A stretch of 43,574 nt of DNA. Source: Methanocella sp. Its GTDB lineage: Archaea; Thermoproteota; Bathyarchaeia; Bathyarchaeales; Bathycorpusculaceae. The notes under the pieces are model-generated. The model ran no database searches, had not been told where the DNA came from, and saw only the letters and a program-made list of their open reading frames with translations. The translations under genes and the position numbers were made by a program. Positions within the stretch are counted from its first letter, which is position 1, and the number at the start of each line of letters is the position of its first letter. The stretch spans positions 1-43,574 of the forward strand of contig JBLNCY010000055.1 of NCBI GenBank assembly GCA_050261115.1. The letters run 5' to 3'. Below are positions 38,014-43,574 of this stretch, in pieces.

Positions 38014-39374
38014 TATGGGTTGGCCTCTATTTGTTTGCGTATTAGTGCAGCTGCTTTTGCGGTTATATCTTTCGCCGCTAACTCGGTTTGCCCTTCGACT
38101 GTTAAGCGTATGAGTGGTTCAGTTCCTGAGGCGCGGACAAGAAGCCAGCCTTCTTTGAGAGCTAAGCGTATGCCGTCAACGGTTGAGAAGTCCGTGTAAT
38201 CAGGGATTGCTGCCTTGAGTGCGGGTCCGAGTTGTTCAACGATGCGGTATTTCGCCTCTTTAGAGCAAGAAAAGTTTTCCCGCTGGGTAACGTATTCCGG
38301 AGCTTCTGAGACAAACTCCGATACGGTTTTGCCGGTTTGTTCCAGTGCAGCTATAAACAGAGCCCCGGTCAATGGCCCGTCTGGGCAGAGATGGATGTTG
38401 GGGTGTATCCATGCGCCACAGGGTTCGCCTCCGAAAACGGCGCCCTCACGCGCCATAACTTCAGAAAGATAAACGTCGCCTACCCGAGTCCTGAGCACCT
38501 TGCCATTGTACTTTTGCGCCATGGTCTCCACGCACATGGAAGCCTCAACGTTAGTAACTACCAGTCCCCCGCCGGATTGCTTCAAAACAAAAGCAGCATA
38601 CGATGCTAAGGAGCGGTCGAAACTCACAAAGCCGCCAGTCTCATCAACAAAAGCAACCCGATCTGCATCCCCATCGAATGCCACGCCAATGTCTGCACCT
38701 AGCGCCTTTACTACCTTTGAGAGGTCTTGGAGCGATTCAGCGTTGGGTTCAGATTTGCGGGCGGGGAAATGTCCATCTGGCTGGGCATTTAGGGCGGTTA
38801 CTTTACAGCCTAATGCTTTAAACAGGCGAGGCCCGATGCTGTATGCTGCGCCGCATCCGGGATCAACTACGACATGCCACTGTTTCTTTAGGGGCGCTGC
38901 TTTCTTAGCCATTTCCAAGTAAGGCTCAGCTGCGTCAACAATTGTGGTGCGCCCTAGTTGCCGCCAATCAGCCAAACCAAACCGGCCGTCATCAATGATT
39001 GCCTCTACCGCGTCTTGTTGGGGGTCTGTGTAGGATAAGCTGTTGCCATTGAACACTTTTATCCCGTTATACTGCGGGGGGTTATGAGAAGCTGTAAGCA
39101 TGAATCCGACGTCTGCACCGAAGGCTTTCGCCGCATAAGCACAAACCGGCGTAGGCACCGCTCCAGCAAGCATCACATCCACGCCGCAAGAAAGCAGCCC
39201 TGACACTAACGCGGACTCAAGCATATCTCCAGAAACGCGGGTGTCTTTGGCAACAATGGCCCGTTTAGCTTTTGCATGTGTTGCGACTGCTGAAGCAACC
39301 CTACATGCGAGTTGCGGAGTTAAATCAACATTAGCTAATCCCCGGACTCCAGAACTTCCAAACAACCTAGCCAT
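38013..39374 (-). CDS. glmM: Phosphoglucosamine mutase
   Basis: LFGSSGVRG, TASHNP, DGDADR, GGEP and RASGTEP; translationally coupled to glmU. Confidence 0.9.
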   Translation of the reverse strand: MARLFGSSGVRGLANVDLTPQLACRVASAVATHAKAKRAIVAKDTRVSGDMLESALVSGLLSCGVDVMLAGAVPTPVCAYAAKAFGADVGFMLTASHNPPQYNGIKVFNGNSLSYTDPQQDAVEAIIDDGRFGLADWRQLGRTTIVDAAEPYLEMAKKAAPLKKQWHVVVDPGCGAAYSIGPRLFKALGCKVTALNAQPDGHFPARKSEPNAESLQDLSKVVKALGADIGVAFDGDADRVAFVDETGGFVSFDRSLASYAAFVLKQSGGGLVVTNVEASMCVETMAQKYNGKVLRTRVGDVYLSEVMAREGAVFGGEPCGAWIHPNIHLCPDGPLTGALFIAALEQTGKTVSEFVSEAPEYVTQRENFSCSKEAKYRIVEQLGPALKAAIPDYTDFSTVDGIRLALKEGWLLVRASGTEPLIRLTVEGQTELAAKDITAKAAALIRKQIEANP

Positions 39375-39433
39375 ACAACCACTAATCCTACCTGCAAGGT
39401 AAAGCCCTGAGCCTTAAAAAAATTTAGCACACC

Positions 39434-40522
39434 TCACAAGTTTGACTTGATAAAACTGGCGACTTTCTCCCTAGTGGGATGCGTACCATCAGCTCCAGAG
39501 AGGTAGCATGCAGAAACTGCGTTAGCAAACATCAAGCGGCATTCGTCAGAAAGCCCATAATGCTCAGCATGTATGTTACCTGCATTCCAAGCGTCACCTG
39601 CACCAGTGGCACGGTAGACCTCGATTTTGAAGGTTGGAACTACAACCTCCGAGGTACCCTTCAAAGTGGCCGAGAACAGCGAGGTATGTAAGTCGATTCT
39701 TGCTTGGAAATGCTTTGCTAGTATTCTTGCAGCGTCCATCGCCAGTTCTGCGAATTCTTCCCGCTGACCTTTATGCCGCTTAAAGTTGGGGTCGACGATG
39801 GAGGCGTAGGTTATGGCTTCATTTTCGTTTAGGCTCAGGATGTCGACTTTTGGTGTTTTTAGCACTTTTTCGATAAAGTCGGGGATGCCTTGGAAATTAG
39901 GGTTGGGGTCTGCGGTGTCATAGTATGTTTTACCCCTGCCACGCTGTTTTGTGCGGTTAAATACTGCGTCCGCCAAAGCCGTGCCATAGTTGCGGGTTCC
40001 CACCCAATTGAACAAGCACACATAGTCGGCACTTTCGATTAGCGTGTAGTCTGAGTCGGTAAGATCGTGCGGACCAAAATCAGCTAATCCCCCGACGTCT
40101 CGTAGCATAACGTTGACTTTTTCGTTAACTCCTCGTAATTCCAATGCGGTAGTTATGGAGGCTTTCCCCACAGTTTTTATGTGGGAAAAATCCATTGGGG
40201 CATCCTTAAAGTGGTACTTGATTAGCTGAAGCCCATACGCGCTTGTGCAAATAATGGGGGTAACTGTAACGCCTAGACGTGTTAGGGCTGATGCGGTGTT
40301 TATGGAGTTGCCGCCTTTCATGTCAATCTGGTGTATGCCGTCTATGCTGCCGCCCTTTCGCGCCGCTACTTCGCTTATGGCTTCTGTGAACGCTTCGATG
40401 TTCCAGGGCAGGTTTACGATGCGGTCGAGGAAAAAATCGGGCATAACAACCACCTGGCAATCCCTGTGTTTGGGTTCTGCAAGGAAGCTTAGCAGCTCAT
40501 TTCGGCTTGTAGAGTTGTACAT
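39434..40522 (-). CDS. PfkB-family carbohydrate kinase
   Basis: GGNSIN.A.AL..LG, LNENEA and ATGAGDAWNAG. Confidence 0.88.
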   Translation of the reverse strand: MYNSTSRNELLSFLAEPKHRDCQVVVMPDFFLDRIVNLPWNIEAFTEAISEVAARKGGSIDGIHQIDMKGGNSINTASALTRLGVTVTPIICTSAYGLQLIKYHFKDAPMDFSHIKTVGKASITTALELRGVNEKVNVMLRDVGGLADFGPHDLTDSDYTLIESADYVCLFNWVGTRNYGTALADAVFNRTKQRGRGKTYYDTADPNPNFQGIPDFIEKVLKTPKVDILSLNENEAITYASIVDPNFKRHKGQREEFAELAMDAARILAKHFQARIDLHTSLFSATLKGTSEVVVPTFKIEVYRATGAGDAWNAGNIHAEHYGLSDECRLMFANAVSACYLSGADGTHPTREKVASFIKSNL

Positions 40523-40614
40523 GAAAAGGGCTCCTTTAAAGTATCTCCCAAAACACTAAAATAACCTTTTGATGGTGTGTGTAGGCTAACATATAACAAA
40601 CAAGGGCAGTTTAA

Positions 40615-40854
40615 ATGCAGTTCAAAAAAGAAGCAAGCTTACTAGTAATTGCCATCGCATTATTCGCCGTTGCCACTTTCCTATACACGTATCAGGCAAC
40701 CAGCGAAGGAATTACCCTAATGAGCAAAAGCATAGCATACCCCTACCGGGAGATCGCATTGGCTTTTGTCGGTATCGGCTTTGCCTCGATGGTCGTTGCA
40801 TCCATATCATTTACGAAAAAAACAAAAACCTACCAACCAACACAGCCAGTTTAG
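40615..40854 (+). CDS. Small two-TM membrane protein
   Basis: 79 aa with two hydrophobic helices separated by YPYRE. Confidence 0.7.
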   Translation: MQFKKEASLLVIAIALFAVATFLYTYQATSEGITLMSKSIAYPYREIALAFVGIGFASMVVASISFTKKTKTYQPTQPV

Positions 40855-41669
40855 GCACCGAATAAAAAGCGCACCAGCACCCAAACGATATCCCCAAGGA
40901 ATAACGCCGCAACCAAGCCTATCGTAACAAAGATCAACATGGGTAAGCCGGGAGTAGCCCAAACATGCGACTCAATATTTTTGGCTTCGATGGCGTTAGA
41001 TAGTCGCTCTACGATTTGGTCTCTGCCTTCCTCGCGTGGGACAATTACGAGTTTTCGGTTCTCAACTTGGTTTTCATCGATGTCTTCGAGGGGGAAAATA
41101 TGCCACTTCGATTTGAGTTTCTCGATGGGCATTCTGTAACCTGTAATTATAACAAGCAGTTTTTTGCCCGCGGACTCGCCTTTGAGGCTGCCGGGGAACA
41201 TTGCTATCTTGCGTTTCTTGTGCCATACTATGTTGCGTGCGATAATGTACACGCCGCTTAAGGCTGCGAAAATAACCGCATTGCCAAAGATCGTTATGGG
41301 ATAGATAAGGGTGGATTGTGGAGAGACGGCTCCAGCTAGAATTGGCGTAATCAGCGGCAGAGGCGCGAAGGGTAGGGCCAGTGCAATGCACATGAGTGCC
41401 TTTGAGTCTGCTCCGCCAAATCCGCCACTGTAGAACAGCAGAAACGCGACTATGACGGTTACGCCGACGCTTAATCCGTAGTAACCCAATGAGGACGGTT
41501 CGTACAGCGCTATCTCCGTTAACGTCAACGCTAAAGCTATGGGGGCATAAACGACCCAGACCTTGTTGCTGACTTCACGGCAAACATAGTCTCTCCATGA
41601 GGAATAGATTAGAACTGCTATCGTTACGGATACACTTGCCGCCATTAGGATAAGCTGTAAATTAGTCAT
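40851..41669 (-). CDS. Prepilin/prearchaellin peptidase (A24, PibD/FlaK-like)
   Basis: SWRDY..REVSNKVW, GGFGGADSKAL and WATPGLPML. Confidence 0.9.
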   Translation of the reverse strand: MTNLQLILMAASVSVTIAVLIYSSWRDYVCREVSNKVWVVYAPIALALTLTEIALYEPSSLGYYGLSVGVTVIVAFLLFYSGGFGGADSKALMCIALALPFAPLPLITPILAGAVSPQSTLIYPITIFGNAVIFAALSGVYIIARNIVWHKKRKIAMFPGSLKGESAGKKLLVIITGYRMPIEKLKSKWHIFPLEDIDENQVENRKLVIVPREEGRDQIVERLSNAIEAKNIESHVWATPGLPMLIFVTIGLVAALFLGDIVWVLVRFLFGA

Positions 41670-42186
41670 CCATGCAACCTCTGGGCATCAACAATTATAC
41701 GTTTATCGTATTAATGAAGATATTTTCAGTTGTGCGTAGCTTAATAATATAACAAAAAAGAATAAGGAATTAGCGCTCGATGTTCATAGGGCGGCCATTT
41801 CCTCTATGAATGTGCCCATGTTGATTAAGTCGATAATCGAGTAGAGGTCGTCTCGGAATTTGCGTATGGTGAATGCGGTGCCGAAGGGTGATTTCCCACC
41901 GGTAGGCTACGGCGAGGCGATGTTTGCCCGGTAGAGACGCGTCCCCGATGGAAAAGCGCTGCTGACATTTTTTTGGATTTTTTGTGCCGGCTTTGTTTTG
42001 GTTGCGTCATTGTTTAGGGATTGAACGCCAAATGCCATTAAGTATTATGACGCACTAATCTACAGTTGTTGTGTTCAACAACACAACACAAACACCCCAA
42101 CAAGCAAAAAACCCAAACCACAACCAAACAATATTTAAAACACCCCCGCATCCACTACCACAACATACGCTAACGAAGGAAACAAC

Positions 42187-42882
42187 ATGAGTCAAACAAC
42201 AAAAATCATCAACCAAGCCAAAAAAGAAGGCAGAAAAGCACTTCTCGAACCCGAAGCCAAAACCATCTGCGCAGAATACGGAATAAGCGTAAACAAATTC
42301 AGCCTCGCAACCACCGCCAAAGAAGCCGTAGAACAAGCAGAAAAAATTGGCTACCCCATCGTCCTAAAAATCGTCTCCCCAGACATCATCCACAAATCAG
42401 ACGCAGGCGGAGTAAAAGTTAACCTAAAAACCCCCGCCGAAGTAGAAGCAGCCTTCAACACCATAATAGAAAACGCCAAAAAATACAAAGCAGACGCACA
42501 AATAGTCGGCGTCATCGTACAAGAAATGGCACCCCAAGGAACCGAAGTCATCGTTGGCGCAGTCAAAGACTCCCAATTCGGCCCAACAATCATGTTCGGC
42601 TTAGGCGGCATCTTCGTCGAGTTACTAAAAGACGTTAACTTCCGTGTTGCACCAATCACAGAACAAGACGCAAAAGAAATGATAACCAAACTCAAAGCAT
42701 TCCCACTCCTAAACGGATACCGCGGCTCTAAACCCGCCGACCTCAACGCACTAATAGAGGTCCTCGTAAACGTTTCAAAGATGGTTCTAGCTATCCCAGA
42801 AATCAAAGAACTGGACCTCAACCCAGTTATGGCCTACCCTGTCGGCGCAAAATGCGTTGACGCAAGAATCATCCTCGAATAA
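42187..42882 (+). CDS. acdB: ADP-forming acetate/acyl-CoA ligase beta subunit (ATP-grasp)
   Basis: LLEPEAK, GYPIVLKIVSPDIIHKSDAGGV, FGPTIMFGLGGIFVE, ELDLNP and VDARI. Confidence 0.92.
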   Translation: MSQTTKIINQAKKEGRKALLEPEAKTICAEYGISVNKFSLATTAKEAVEQAEKIGYPIVLKIVSPDIIHKSDAGGVKVNLKTPAEVEAAFNTIIENAKKYKADAQIVGVIVQEMAPQGTEVIVGAVKDSQFGPTIMFGLGGIFVELLKDVNFRVAPITEQDAKEMITKLKAFPLLNGYRGSKPADLNALIEVLVNVSKMVLAIPEIKELDLNPVMAYPVGAKCVDARIILE

Positions 42883-42900
42883 ACAAACAAAAAACCGCGC

Positions 42901-42930
42901 GCCCATTCTTTGGGCTTAACCTTTTTTATT
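42901..42930 (+). terminator. Probable terminator after acdB
   Basis: Short hairpin GCCCA-TTCTT-TGGGC followed by a T-tract, starting 18 nt after the stop. Confidence 0.5.
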
Positions 42931-43496
42931 AAATCAAGTCTTCCGTTGATAGCGTACCCAGCCTAAACTCCGCTAAACCATACCCTACATAAGGCGGCTG
43001 CAATCAAGACAGTTGTTGAAGGCAGCTTTTTTTATTTGGCGGCTGTGTGGGGCGTTGGGTTTTTGATGGGGCGTTGTTAGTATGGAGGAAGCGGATGGTT
43101 TGGCTGCTTATAGCGGTAGAGGAAAAAGCCGCCCGCAAACAGGCGCGGTTTTAGCCCTGATGCAGCTGTGCAGCCATCTCCCCAGTCCAGCCCGCAATCA
43201 CATAGTCGCCGTAGCCAAAAAACAGCAAACGCCTAGACATAACCAGCCTGCCGTCTGCGGTGGAGTCTATATATAAGGGAGGGGGGTCCTCGGCAAAGCA
43301 ACAGAGAAACGACCTTGCAAACAAGAAACCAGCCAATCACAGCACAGAAAGATGCACTCAAATGGGGTTAAACGCATCAAAGATATATTAAAATGCGCTA
43401 AGGCAGGCGATATACAGGTTACAAGGAACAACTTATGAGGCCCCAAACGTACCGAAACCTCTAAATTCTGAATCAACGATTCTAAAACCTCCTAAG

Positions 43497-43574
43497 GGGC
43501 CGGTAGATCAGTCTGGTATGATCGCCGCGTTCGCAACGCGGAAGCCGCGGGTTCAAATCCCGCTCGGTCCACCA
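43497..43574 (+). tRNA. tRNA-Ala(CGC), CCA encoded
   Basis: 78-nt cloverleaf; acceptor GGGCCGG/TCGGTCC with the G3:U70 Ala identity pair; anticodon stem CCGCG/CGCGG, loop TT-CGC-AA. Confidence 0.97.

Noticed and set aside
41770-42010. 61-aa ORF and protein-like fragments in other minus-strand frames
   Set aside because: No recognisable motif, and the alternative frames lack starts; neither a gene nor a pseudogene can be supported.
42187-42882. acdB without an adjacent acdA
   Set aside because: Separate alpha and beta genes are common in archaea.
43115-43330. GAGGAAAAAGCCGCCC resembling the RNase P RNA P4 5' strand
   Set aside because: No matching 3' ACAGAA..CGGGCT-type element or surrounding conserved helices; no SRP helix-8 motif either.

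Overview
Archaeal chromosomal window. It is most consistent with Bathyarchaeia, an inference from the BHB-type tRNA introns, TFS, a PibD/FlaK-type peptidase, AcdB, AbrB-PhoU and the style of the C-terminally anchored surface proteins. Positions 1-6284 look accessory: two surface proteins, an intact IS5-family element with terminal inverted repeats, DUF3786, a methyltransferase and a paired SMR exporter, all lying off the 3' end of a two-intron tRNA-Tyr(GTA). The rest is mostly core or metabolic: pfkA, a flippase-like protein, msrA, copB, tfs, ileS, phoU, nfnAB, mobB, glmU/glmM, a PfkB kinase, a prepilin peptidase, acdB and tRNA-Ala(CGC). Three modules stand out as possibly undescribed systems. 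(1) A six-gene operon joins a single double-cubane-type reductase to a BzdP/BzdQ-type heterodimeric ATPase activator, a BzdM-like ferredoxin and two membrane redox proteins. (2) Three diverged COG1665-like nucleotidyltransferase paralogs cluster with a CitG homolog; one of them appears to start at an ACG codon. (3) A ModE-like regulator, an orphan ECF S-component, a Cys-less extracellular molybdopterin-domain protein and MobB suggest pterin/Moco uptake. A long strand-specific hairpin with a CU-rich loop also lies upstream of tfs. All family assignments come from motif recognition by eye; no database searches were run.
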